Below are positions 13,058 through 25,030 of a stretch of 64,000 nt of DNA, in pieces. This DNA comes from Chara braunii (lineage: Eukaryota > Plantae > Charophyceae), in assembly GCA_003427395.1 (NCBI GenBank), contig BFEA01000046.1:455279-519278 (forward strand). Reading direction: 5' to 3'. Each line of letters starts with the position of its first letter. The stretch's first letter is position 1. Below the pieces are notes generated by a model. The model was not told the origin of the DNA. It searched no databases and was given only the letters and a program-made list of their open reading frames with translations. Made by a program: the position numbers and the translations under genes.

Positions 13058-14500
13058 CTTGGGGTTTCCCTTTTCCGGTGTTCTTTTTTGCTTTGCATTT
13101 TTTTTCTTTTTTCTTTTTTCTTTGTTTCTCCTTGTTTCTTTGTCCTTCACCGTATACATATATACCAGTACTATTCCCGATTAAAGTCATGAGTGAGTTG
13201 CTTGCTTGCTCGAGGACAATTGACTGTGCGGTTGCTGCGAAGCGGAGCCTGTGAAGCGAGGTTGTTTTTCGGTTATGGCGGACTGGGATTTCACGACTGG
13301 AGTGGAGGAGGACCTACCGATAACGGAGGAGCCTGAGGAGGAAATCAAAGCGGAAGAAGCGGTATATGGTCCTGGATCTCCTCTCTCTGTGTATGTATGG
13401 GATATGGCCGTCTGTGTTGGTCTGTGTATGGATGTGCTTTTCTTGCAGGATTGTAACCCCTCTGATGAGACGGTTGAGTGGCAACGGTGAAAAAGCTTTT
13501 AGGGGAGCCACACCCCTCCTGCGGCTACGATTGATCCATGAAGTACAACCGGCCTCCCACATGTTTTTTCCCAGACGTTCTGTCAAGTCGGACTTCACTG
13601 CTAGTTGGCTATGTTTGGTATCTGAGTATAGGAGTGGATTAAAGCTAAAATTAGTCGTCTGATTACGGTCCTCTTATGGCTATGACCTGAGTTTGGATTT
13701 TGCCCGCATGGATCTCTTCTATTAGTAACGCTGCTCTTGGTGATCTTCTAAAGTTTTGTTGATCTGGAAAGCTATTGTTGCTATACTTTGAGTTCTCCAA
13801 CTATCAATTGACTTGGATCTTGATTCTGGTTGTTATCAGCCCCTGCCCTCTCTGGCTCCGTCCTTATCTTCCGCACCCCAAAAGTGGTATCGCTTTCCCC
13901 AACTATGGTTACCTCGCACCCAAGCTTCCATTCTTTCTTCCCCCTCGTCCTCCTCCGGGGGTGTGCGGAGCATCAAACAACGTTCACCGCCCATCTGCCT
14001 GGATGGGCTTGTTGATTCCTGGTTGCTGTCATGCCCTTCCCGTTTGAAACTTGCATAGACTAACACTACCCCTGATTACCTCACTCGTGCTATTGCAATC
14101 CCTATTCCCCCCTTGTCTTTTTTGTTGGATGGATCGCCCTGCTTGATATGCTTTGAATGAAATAAATGAAGGAATCGATACCCATGGATATTGAAGCCAT
14201 CTTTGTCATTTCTGCATATGGGGACATCGAGCTTGGTGGCTAATTAACGGTATGATTGGGACATGACCGGACCTGGCGTACCACCGTACTAGTGGAGTGC
14301 ATGACGAGTACGTCATAGGATCAGTTAGACACACGCACACACACACACACACGCGCATGCAGTAGTGTATACTTCCATGTTCTAGCGGAAGATTCATTCG
14401 ATAGTGCTCATCCTATCAATGGAAGTAACGTGAGGCCAGCCGCGAGGTTGGAGACTTACCTGTTGGCCGGTGCGTTGCTCATACCCCAAGGTCGATTGAC

Positions 14501-14502
<2 letters not shown>

Positions 14503-14584
<82 letters not shown>
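14503..14584. repeat. (CT)n microsatellite
   Basis: Direct reading. Confidence 0.95.
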
Positions 14585-14586
<2 letters not shown>

Positions 14587-14651
14587 CGCGCACGCGCGTG
14601 CACGGGTTGTCGAAGGGTGCGGTGTCCCGGCCCTCCGCTGCGTACCAGACA

Positions 14652-14688
14652 TGTCTCTTATACACATCTAGATGTGTATAAGAGACAG
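14652..14688. other. Nextera mate-pair junction adapter (head-to-head Tn5 mosaic ends); sequencing artefact
   Basis: tgtctcttatacacatct+agatgtgtataagagacag; flanked by a duplicated ~90-bp segment. Confidence 0.97.
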
Positions 14689-17600
14689 CTCTCTCTCTCT
14701 CTCTCTCTCTCTCCGCGCGCACGCGCGTGCACGGGTTGTCGAAGGGTGCGGTGTCCCGGCCCTCCGCTGCGTACCAGACAAACTCACGGAGCTACGGTGG
14801 TGTACCAGGTCCTTTGGGTTATACTTTGCTGTGGGACTGGTCTGTTCGACGTCACTGGTAACGCCGTTGGGTTTACCTTCGGTCCACGCAAGCTCGGTGC
14901 CCAGCTGTGCAGTTGAACACAGCTAGTTTGTGGCCATGACAGCCGTCGGGCCCGCTCAGGGATGAGATAGTGAAAGCCTGGAGCAGTCGCTCTGAAGTAC
15001 GCATCGAGCCCCTATGGCTGGGTTATGATGACGACGGCTGCTGTCAGTCATAGAGAAATACAGAAAAGGAAAAGAAAATAAACAGGGGAAGGGGTGAACG
15101 TGGAGCCTCAGATCCGTGCCTAGACCTGGATTGATGCTTTTGTGTCTCGGGGTCTAATGGCTTTAGTCAAGTTTAGTGATGTAGCGGCGCAAAGAGAATT
15201 TTGAAGCACCGTTTTCCCGTCTGCTATTATTACTATCATTGTTATCAATTTCTTTATTTAAAATTTATTTCGGTCACCTCGAGGGAAAACGGACGGTTTA
15301 TTTTCCAAACGTGACTAAGGAGAGGTGGCCTAGAATGGCTTGGCCCTTCGCGTTCACTCCATTCCTGGCGCAGGACCCCAAAAGAGGGGCAACCCGCGCC
15401 CACATTGGTAGGAGGCTTATAACCTTGCACGGAGGGTCATAAGCCCGCTCCTTGCCATCGGAGGCGGGTACCCGCCAGGAGTAGCCCGGTGGCATGTTTA
15501 GAAGGGAAAAGGACGGCCATCGGTATCCAGTTATGGGACTGCCGAGCCTAACATGTGGTCGCTTCACACCAGGGCATGAAGCTACTAGTGGTTGACAGTG
15601 GAAAGCCCTGCTAGCGCTACGACCGTTGAGTATCAGCCTCTCGTTATCTTCATTCCATTTTTTTTAATTCAGTTTTAACTTATTCTATTTTGTTATTTTC
15701 TGAATTAAACTTTAAGATCTGTTTGAGTCTCTCGTTCAGAACACAGGGGTCGAGGTATGCGACGACCCTATAAAAGGGTAACTAACATTTGGCTACTTGG
15801 GCAAGAGCAATCTCACTACGCCGAGTATTGGTGAACCAAAGAGAGAGGGTTAGGCGGCGTGGTGAGTGTGCGGGAGACCGTCTGTGCGCGCATGCTCATG
15901 CTCTGAGTATTCGGCCCTTGCTATCTCGGAACTCTGCGGCCTGGTACAGTGTACGGTTCAATCGAGAGGGGCTCGACCATGGTGCACAGCAGTGGGTTGT
16001 TTGGCTATAGGCCAGGGTACCTCCAGTTCCTTTGGAGGTGGGAGCGGATGTCTGGAGAAGGGCCTACAGTGACAGCCATATTGGACTGAAGCCACAAATT
16101 GAAAGTAAACGTAGAGGGCGGAAAAGAGGAAGAAATGAGAGCGGACCAGGGACTGCAGGCGGCCATCATGGAGGCCAAGGATCGGGCTGAGAGGAGGTGC
16201 AGGAGAGACGGGGTCACATATGGAGTGAAAGTGACCGTTTCTTACCTGGAAGCGGATACTTCGACGGATGCAGTAGAGCGAGAGCAGGAGCATTTTGACT
16301 AAGAGTGAAGCGAGCGATTTGGGCGTAGAGACCCAGTCCTGGCATGGGCTGGACCAGTGGCGGAAGGACCACCCGCCGATCGAGCTTGTAGAGAGCGTCT
16401 CAGAGGCCAACTCACGACGACGACGGCAAGAATGAGGGCTCGAGACAGTTACAAAAAAAGGGGGACGCCTGGCAATTGACACAGAGAGAGAGGCGTGCAA
16501 AAAGACGAGCAGGGAGGTGAGCATACAAAGTGTGTTACGTGCGAGTGGTCACGGTGAGGGTAAGGGTGAGGATGCAAAGCAGGGACGTGAGTGGCTGGCT
16601 TTGTTTTGGGAGAGCCCTCGTAGGGTTTGTATTGACTGGCGTCTGCCCTCATGGTGGTGGCATCCATTCTCCATTCTCGAAAATGCCCTACACTTGGGCA
16701 CATGTGATGATGTCATCTGCCTCCGTGCACGATTTCTGGCGCTCATCATATTGACCCTGGAACCGTAGGAGCACACCGCTGTGCATCTTCTGTTCTTGAG
16801 TGTGTGATGAGTGTCACCACCTGTTTCCTCGCTGAGATTACCGATCAGAAGAGATCGAACTCCGAACGTGACTCGTTTTAAGAGGGGGAGTGTGCGTAAA
16901 AGCATGTGCTGAAACTGGGCAAGTGCGAGAGAGGAGTCTGATGTGGAAGTGAAACGCGTGCACAAGACGCCTGATGGATTATGAGTCATTGTGGATACCG
17001 ACTTCGCCAAGAAGAAGTAACGACTACCAATGAGCGCGTGTATAGTATACGGGACCTAGCTGGTAGTGAGAAAGAGGGCGTGGGTAAGCTCGACCATTAC
17101 GGTTGACGTCACTGGCTATGACAATCTTCTTCTTCCTCCTGTTTCCTTTCTTCCCCTTCCCTTTTCAACCCTCGCGTGGGCGGCGGTGACAATCGGTATC
17201 ACAGTCAGCTCCACTCTCGTATCAGTACCTGATGGTAGGCGAAAGTTGAGGGTGAAGGTTATGAGGGAACGGGCGCTAGGATCGGGGTTAGCCGCGAGCC
17301 GGGAGGAGAGTAAAGTCGGACCAGCGTGCATAAATCCCAGAACGTGTGTTCCGAGTAGGGTATGGGCTAGCATCGACTTCCCTTGGTAAAAAAACTAACT
17401 AGCGACGAGCACTCTGGCAGCATGCGGAGTCTAATCAGTGTCTGAGAGAAGCATTGAACAGTATTATATAGGACCGCCCACCATTGTTGACGTAACCTCT
17501 TTCCCAGATGTGACGGACCCGTGGCGACTACGATGAAGAGAGGTCACGGGGCATTGTCTGTGTCAAGGCCTATCAAGTAAGGAGGGCTCACATGTTCGCC

Positions 17601-20109
17601 AGATGGATGCTGTCGAGTAAAAGGCAGGATGGGCGAGAAGCATGCGTTACTGGGGAGGACGCCTGTGAGAACGCGCAAAAGGTCTATAGAAGGGTAACTT
17701 GGTGGACTTCAGCGTGTTCCAGAGCTTGCTCACCCCGTATCATCTACCCTGGCCATCACCCCCATTCTGAGCAATGGTACTAGTGACGTGTTGGATACTG
17801 TCAATCAAGTATCGTGTGAGAGTTAAAAGAAGTCAAAGTTCTAAATGAGTGTTGATGGGCACTAGAGACTGGTACTGGGTGCTAACTGTAGATGATTCGC
17901 ACATATGACAAAAACTGTAATCGAATACGATTTATGATTGGGCACTAGAGACTGGTACCAGTGAGTATTTTGTTGGTAACCCGTCACAACCCGCAATGTT
18001 GTCACCCCTAATTACAAAAGGAAAATGTCATTTATAGGAAGCCTTGAATGAGGGACATATCGAATGAAAGTTGAGACGCTCGGGTAAACGGGGTACTCTC
18101 TCTCTTATACTGGCGGATTGTGGTTGACGCCAACTGTTCAAAGCGTCTTCATCTCTATCAGCTCCTATGTACTGTATTGGTGACTTGGACGATAATTTTC
18201 CCCTAATTGGCAGGCGTTGGACTCTTGTAATCAATCTAGCACATCGTATCTCGCATATGCCACGAGTGACAGTTCGGTGGTGATGTGTATTGAGGGTGGT
18301 GATAATACTTGATCATTCTGATCTGTCTTCTACTGATAAGGGTCGTGGAAGCAAGAGACCTTTCTAGGATTTGAGCTGTCAAACCGACTATTCGGATAAG
18401 ATTATGAAAAGTATCTAAAGCTTTCACTTCCTATTTATGTGTGTTTAACCCTCACCTCCGCCTTTTGCTTGTTTGGGCTGCCTACAAAATTATTAATCAG
18501 GGGCCTCGCCCCTTTTGTTATTGTAAAAGTAGTATGAACAACTTGCACTTCCCTTTTCCCATGAACCCTCACTCCTATAGTGTCTGTTGACTGGGTTCCG
18601 AATGACAAGCCATAGGAAACGAGTCAGGGGCCATTTAGTAACAGGGAGAAGAAGGCTGAGACCTTCGCACATTGTTGATGGACAATAAACATTTTGTTTT
18701 ACGAAGAATAGCATATTTATTGGCAAAATTCATGTTAGATGGTGACTAAAGAAAGGAAAGGGGGAAATAGGGATAAAACCTTGTTTACAAGCCCAAAGCC
18801 AAGGTCGATGCGGGAGAGGTAGTCATCTTCCAACCTTTAAAGAATCAATTCATTCGGAGTTTTGTCTCTCTGTTTGATCAAAACGATACCGACAGAAGAA
18901 AACGTGTGCTATGTCTGAAAACATTGTGACCTATGGATTACCCCTTCGGGGTCAAGTAAGATCTTGCATCAGCCTTGGAAGTGTGTGTTTCTAGCGTATG
19001 TGTTCTCAGACGCGCGCAGGTATTATGAGAACACCTCTTCATTTAAGGGTAGAGTTGCAAAACTACCTTTCGCCTTCTCAAGCATTACGGGGAAGGCCCC
19101 TTTGTCGAGGCATATGATCGGTGAGCACAAGGAAATACTTTGTTGAGTTCTCAGTGGGAGAAGAGGGGTGTTCCCCTCAGAACGTGACAGACACTCAGAA
19201 GTAAATCCTTTCTATTTTGAACTGATCCCTTTCTACTTAAGAGTGACACCATGCTCTCAGAGTCGGTTTTCCCTCACTGAGTGTAGGCAAAACCGTGCGT
19301 TGGAATTCGAATTTGGGCATAAGACCGCCCCAGTGATTCGGGCGTTGAACAAGGCATTCATCCTCAAAATTATTGTGTCGGGTATAAGCGGACCGTGGAC
19401 TTGTACCCTAGAGGTTGAGAACGAGTACATCAAACGTTTGAAGTCACCGTTTATGTCTGAGCTCGTTTCCATGTCCAAAGTGGTTGTACTGAGCTGGGAT
19501 GTCAAGCTTAAGGGTTTCCGTACTCAATGCAAGCTAGTGCTCGCAGCCATACTTTTTTTTTGTATTAAATAAAAGATACTCAGACTAGTGTTACTCGACA
19601 TGTGATCAGACTTCGTGCATGAGGTTCATACGTGAGAAAACCCTGATGCTGTATATGAGCAGGAGCGACTCCCAACCCCTTTCGTGAGCGTTGTCGGTGC
19701 GAATACCCGTACAAGGGTATCCGCCCTGTTTTTTTGCAAGCGACAGAAAATAAGTTTGGCTTAAAGTTTTAAGTATACCACGCGAGGCGCAGCTGAGGCT
19801 GTGGTTTACGTGACTAGGTGGCTGGCTAGAATAGAGAGTGTGTGGGCAAGCAGACTAGAGGCACATGTGATCTTAATTTTCGATAACTGTAGGACCGGCG
19901 TGATCACCGGTCAGATTTATTTTTTTCTGATTAAACTAGGATTTCAAAGGTTGTCTTGTGATTGGTGCGCTTGCGTGTAACTTGTGAGTACGTGCGAAGG
20001 ACGACGTCGACGGCGACATGGTTCGGTATAGTCTCGTGGTGGACGTGGAAGGTTGGCGGCCGTGACTTTTGCTGATAGGATGGTCTGAGGAATTGAAACG
20101 TTTTGCCAG

Positions 20110-20360
20110 AACTGCATGCCTCATAGTATCCTTTTATCTAGGTGTCCGCTAATACTAAACCCAGCCTTTGGCCTAACACTATTGATTACGACATTGAACT
20201 TTCATCCGGGGAATTCAGGGAATCGATGCCAGTGGGCGACGACACGGGAATATTGGAGCGGCGAGAGGAAAACCGACGCGTTAAGGGCCCGACGGGGCTG
20301 TCCCCATGGGTTTGTGGGTTACAAAGTTGGGTGTCGGGGCCAAAGGAGGTATTGAGGACC
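20110..20360 (+). other. Condensed, diverged 18S rRNA 5'-domain-like fragments inside LTR (also ~37030-37275)
   Basis: aactgcatgcctcat ~ AACTGCGAATGGCTCAT; gctaatac; caactttc-like; ggggaattcagggaatcgatgcc ~ GGAGAATTAGGGTTCGATTCC; gacacggg; attggag; all in rRNA order. Confidence 0.45.
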
Positions 20361-20949
20361 CCGCGTTTTCCTTCCTCTCGTCGTGCGACTTTTGTTTCGC
20401 AGTAATTGTTCTGTTATTATTATTATTAATATTGTTATCTTTGTTATCTCTTTCAAAGCTGGGCGCGGGCCGTATCGGGATCGATAGTGGTCAACGAGCG
20501 TGTCAAATATGGTGGTCATATTGGTAGAGTTATTCCCATGGCGGGCCTTGAAGTCCCTACCTCCAAAATCTACTACTGCCATCCAAATCGACACCAAAGG
20601 CCGCGCTAAGGGCTTGCAGTGGGCCCGCGGCCCCTGAATCTATGATGTGCATACGAGTTGGGAGTGATTTAGCCGCAAAGGAGAAAGAACCAGATTGGCG
20701 TAGTCCCCCTACAGTCTGTTCCCCGCAGGCTGCTAAGTGGGGGTTGAGCGTAAGCAAGCTCTTTGGGGCCCAAAGAAGGGAAGTTGTGCCTAGGCGGAAT
20801 AGTCGAGGACACAGTGGTGAAGGCCGCAGGCTGCGTACAGTAGGCCAGCCACATGGAATTTTCCCTCGCCCTAGTCTTCAGAGTTCTCAGATTAATTTTT
20901 GCTACTATCGCCAAGGTCTGCACTAAGGTCGCCCCACCTGAGTCCATGC

Positions 20950-21192
20950 TTCAACCAGGGCAACGGAGCCGCACCTTGATCCCGCAATCTACCTCGAGAG
21001 ACGTAAGCGGGCGTATGCCCATTGGGGCCCCGAAAGGCGGGGTGGGACAGAGGGAGTCTAGGGGGAGGCTGCTGCACTGCGGATGCATAGGGGACAACCG
21101 TCGGACTCGGGTATAGGGGCGAAAGACTAATCGAACATTCTAGTAGCCGGTTTTCCCCGGTGTTTTTCCTTCGAAGGAAAAAGCCAGGGCTA
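20950..21192 (+). other. 28S/26S rRNA domain II fragment inside 5' LTR
   Basis: 28-nt exact gggtataggggcgaaagactaatcgaac (21109-21136) followed by tctagtagccggtt; upstream accttgatc, cccgaaag and ggaggct match preceding LSU segments in order. Confidence 0.85.
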
Positions 21193-21206
21193 CTAGTTGG
21201 CGCTAA

Positions 21207-21224
21207 GTCCTTTGGGACATCCGT

Positions 21225-21256
<32 letters not shown>

Positions 21257-21321
21257 GGCCCCTGCACAAGGATGACACACATAAATCGGGAAGAAAATGC
21301 CCGACTGCTTTGTTTTTTTTT
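21207..21321 (+). ncRNA. U6: U6 snRNA-like sequence embedded in 5' LTR
   Basis: gtcctttgggacatccgttaaaattggaacgatacagagaagattagcatggcccctgcacaaggatgacacacataaatcg matches plant U6 (ACAGAGA box, AGC triad, ISL); ends in a T-tract; no USE/TATA seen upstream. Confidence 0.93.
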
Positions 21322-23530
21322 ACTACCATCGTCTTTTCGATTCGATAGAATTTGGGGCAGGGGTATTAGGCGCTGAAGAAAAGCTGCGCTAAAGAGTGCT
21401 TGGCAGCGAGGGGATGAAGGAGATGGCGAGAGTTAAATGAGGCGCAATGAAGAAAAGGGGGTTCGTGCGATTCCTAACAGAGTCGGGCGGAGGAGAAGCT
21501 GATCTCGGGGTTATCAACTACGGCGAGCCCGTCTATGAGGTTTGTTCTGTTAGGAGATCAGTTGAGAGAGAGATAGATGAGAAAGGACTGTCGGGCCATG
21601 GCAGAGAGAAGGTGAATAGGAAAGAGATTTTGTTAGTTCGGCCATCTTTCGACAAGGAAGGGGTCCGAATCGGGGTTGTGAATGAAGGCGAGTCCAAAAC
21701 TGTTGTTAGTTGAAGCGATAGAGTATTAGAATAGGTGGTGGTGGAAAAACGAAGTGCACGGGAGTTTTCGGAAGGGATGGCAGAAATCGAAGGATGAGTA
21801 ACTCGCTCTGTGAACGAACTTTAGTAGAAGAAGAAGAACGATTGGGGTTTTTCCGGCATCACGCATCCAATGGAAAACTCGGATTGCTGAATAGATAAAC
21901 GCATTCTGCAATCAGACTAGTATGGGCCGCACGTAGGAAGAACGACTAGAAGTCATGTATTTTTCCGCGTTCCAGCGGAAGGTTCGTGCTCGTTTTACAA
22001 GTGCAGTAAGTCGGATCGCAGGTCTTGTTTCTTGTCGGCTTGTCGTGCGTCTGGATCGCGACAACCTTCCTCTTTGTCTTCGAGCTTGGTCACCGTTCGG
22101 GCAATGTAGTTCTTCCGGTGACCGAAACTAGGCCGTACTCATGGCAAAGTGCATCCACTCCGCCAAGGGGCCATGAGCCGCGTGAGTGGAAGCGAGCGCA
22201 AAGACGGCGTATGAGGAGAGATAAGGGGGGCGGGGAGAGGGAGTATAGTACTTATGTGCGGAGCATAATCCAGGATTTTAAGCGGAAGATCTGTTTGGTT
22301 TTGCTCATCTGATCGATGAAAAGTAGCGTGAGGCTAACCACTGTGTTGAAGACTTACCTGTTGGATGGCGTGCTGTTCTCCCGACCAACTAAAGCATCGA
22401 TGAGGAAAACAGTTTGCCGACGTGCTTGAGAACGGGCAGGTAGGCTCCACAACCTTGTGAATCGGAGGGCTACAGGAAGCCGCGAGTTGAAGTCTTACCC
22501 ACAGACAGTGTAATGCTCACCTTGCTGGTCAGTGTGGCTGTGCGAGTCTAGCCGCAGGAGTGAAGGAGTCATCTGTTGACTTTCGCATTGTCTATTCTGC
22601 CAAGAGAGGTGGCCGGTGAGAACTGCAAGGCTCACTTGATTGCCAACGCACGACCCCCCCTGCTAAAGGGAAGAGTACAGAGCGAGCTAAAACTTAGTTG
22701 TTGATCAACGTACTGCTCATCTCACTGAGGTAGGAGAGAGTGAGACCAGTTGTAGAGGCTGCCGACTTACCTACTAGGCGAGCATTGCCTGTCCCACTGG
22801 AGCGAAAGGTAAGCCGGGGGAGGAGAAGACTGTGTTTTCCTTTCGTTTGGCCTGCGGCCTGTATTTCGGGTGGTGACCACAGAATTTCAGACCACAAGCC
22901 TTGCAGGAGGAACTCGGCTTGAGGAAGGGAAGTGTTGTTGCGAATTTGGAGGGTCGTCAGGAAGTCGACAGCCGGCAGTTTGACTAAGATTGACCAAGTT
23001 GCTGCCCGATCTTGGCTGCCATTGCGGGGCCCTCAGGCGAAGTTAAGGAACCAAGGCCCTCTCTCGCGAGTCCGAGCGCATCATTCATGTATTTGAGAGT
23101 CTCAACCTATCTCCTTCTGCCTTTCTAACTCTCAGTCTAGTCCTTGGTTACGAGAGGAAGGCGGCAGGCGGGATTGCAACCCGTAGGATCGTAGCAAGAT
23201 TCTGTGGGGAGTCCACCCACCGATTGCGAGAGCTCTGCCGGAACCAAGGCGAGGTTTTGGAGGCAAGGAACCATCAGGTATCCAATTTTCTGCCTATATG
23301 ACTGCACAATACCCATGTTTGCCTATCTCCTTTTAGTTTGACTGATATTTGTATGAGATTGCCCCTTTGACTTTGCTTTCTTTCAGGACCTAATCAGACT
23401 TAATGGTAGGAATGTGTGAGAGTGAAGCATAAGTTTTATTTTTATTTTAATTGAAAGCAGACAAAGGGGGGTGAACTGGAGGAAGGTGGGAGGAAGGCAG
23501 TTTTGCATGCGTTTGACCGGGTCAACCAAG

Positions 23531-24147
23531 GACCGGGCATTGTTTCTAAGCTGAATGGCCCAGGGCTATGTTTATTTGGCTGTTTTCTGAAGGGTCAGGC
23601 ATTGTTTCTAAGCTGAATGGCCTGGACGCTGTGTTTAATTTTTTAGGGTTGCCTGATTTGAAGTGTTTAAGTTCTTGCTTTATTCTGAGGGAGGATTTTG
23701 GTCTAAGGTTGAGCAGTGTTTCTAATCTGAATGGTTTAGCCTGAAAACCACGCACATAAGTATAAACTGAGTATAAAAGAAAGAATTCTACTTATATTTG
23801 CATGTGAACTGGCAGATGGACATTGTTTCCAAGCCGAATGGTCCAGCACTAAGCCATATCGCTAAGAAGAGAAGGGAAATTACAGAGTATAATTGGAAGT
23901 AGTCTAGGCAAGTTGAACATTGTTTCCAAGCCGAATGGTTCAGTCCCCTGCCCATATTTGCATTTCGTTTGAGAACAAAGTCAGAGAGCTATTAAATTTT
24001 GGATATTAAACAGTTCAGGGCGGCTAGACATTGTTTCCAAGCCGAATGGTCTAGTCATATGCCCAAAGAAGAGAAAAGTAGTAGTGCAACCTGTTCGTGT
24101 ATATCTTAAGGCACGTTGGACATTGTTTCGAAGCAGAATGATCTAGC
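23531..24147 (+). repeat. Array of 7 conserved-loop RNA hairpin units in 5' LTR
   Basis: attgtttcYaagcYgaatg loop, each with a distinct complementary stem (tggac/gtcca, ttgaac/gttcag, ggctagac/gtctagtc, aggttgagc/gtttagcct). Confidence 0.85.
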
Positions 24148-24419
24148 ATTGTGCCATATGTAAGTTGGGTATAAAGATTGAATCATCTGAGGGTTTCATG
24201 AACTATCTTATATGAAATGACTTGGGGTTGGTGAAAGAACTTATCTTTGTGGTTTGGCCTGCATGTGACTGAGTGAGATGACTTCCTAGTTTGAGTTTTA
24301 GTTTGATAGGTAGTTGCTTTAACTGCTCGCCACGTGCTAGAGCGATAGGAGTTTATTTCAATTCCTGCATTTTCTACGTTAACTTTTTTTGCTTAGGTCA
24401 ATTCTCACATTTTTTTGGA

Positions 24420-25030
24420 TCAAGCTACTTTCTCTACGGGAAGCGCTACCGAAATTTCTAAGAAAACAAGGAATTAGTCAGACTTCTTTTTTTTTAGGGT
24501 CCACCTTTTCTGACATTTTGGCTTAGTAAAAATATGAAAAACCTCGTTTTCTAAAGGGAGTGCTGCCCAAATTTTTGCTAACTAGGGAGTTAGACGAAAT
24601 TAGACCTTGAGAAGTCAAAGTCATTTTAGATTCTGAACTTAGCTTTGTATAAATCTTGGAATAACACTTTCTCTACGGGAAGCGCTGTCGAGATTTCTAC
24701 AAATCTAAGAAGTGAATTAAATTTTGTCTTAGTTGAACTCGGATCTTGTTTATGAGTTCATATCTGACTTAGTATAAATATGGGAAGTCTACCTTTCTAA
24801 AGGAAGTGATGCCCAAATTTTTACTAATTCAGGGAGTTTGACAAATTTTGACTTTGCAGATCTAGAGATTGGTTTTGTTTTCATTTTTGAGGTATTATAA
24901 ATTATGCGAAGGCACTCTTCCTATGGGAAGCGCGGCCGAAATTTTCTTAGTTTATAGGAGTTATATTATATTTTGATAGGTGGCAGGTCTGACAATCCAC
25001 TCTGCATAGAGGAGATTCTACCAAAGGTCT
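24420..25030 (+). repeat. ~120-bp tandem repeats with alternating A/B subtypes (also ~41360-42040, and inverted at ~4000-4700)
   Basis: ctttctctacgggaagcgctgccgaaatt alternates with tttctaaagggagtgctgcccaaattttt. Confidence 0.8.

Noticed and set aside
14652-14688. Tn5/IS50 transposon ends
   Set aside because: Matches the Nextera mate-pair junction adapter; artefact
15787-15808. Possible LTR end plus PBS (aaca-tt-tggctacttgggcaag)
   Set aside because: No partner LTR or recognisable tRNA; too weak
15900-19600. Protein-coding genes in short ORFs
   Set aside because: Fragmentary, no recognisable domain; probably decayed TE accessory sequence
20890-20935. Sm-site/U1 stem-loop-like sequence (aatttttg, tgcactaaggtc)
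   Set aside because: Short, and the Sm-like motif is altered in the second LTR; could be chance
20080-21192. Functional rRNA gene
   Set aside because: Only short, diverged, condensed fragments within an LTR
23531-24147. CRISPR array
   Set aside because: Irregular spacer lengths, unit-specific stems around the repeat, no cas genes, eukaryotic LTR context
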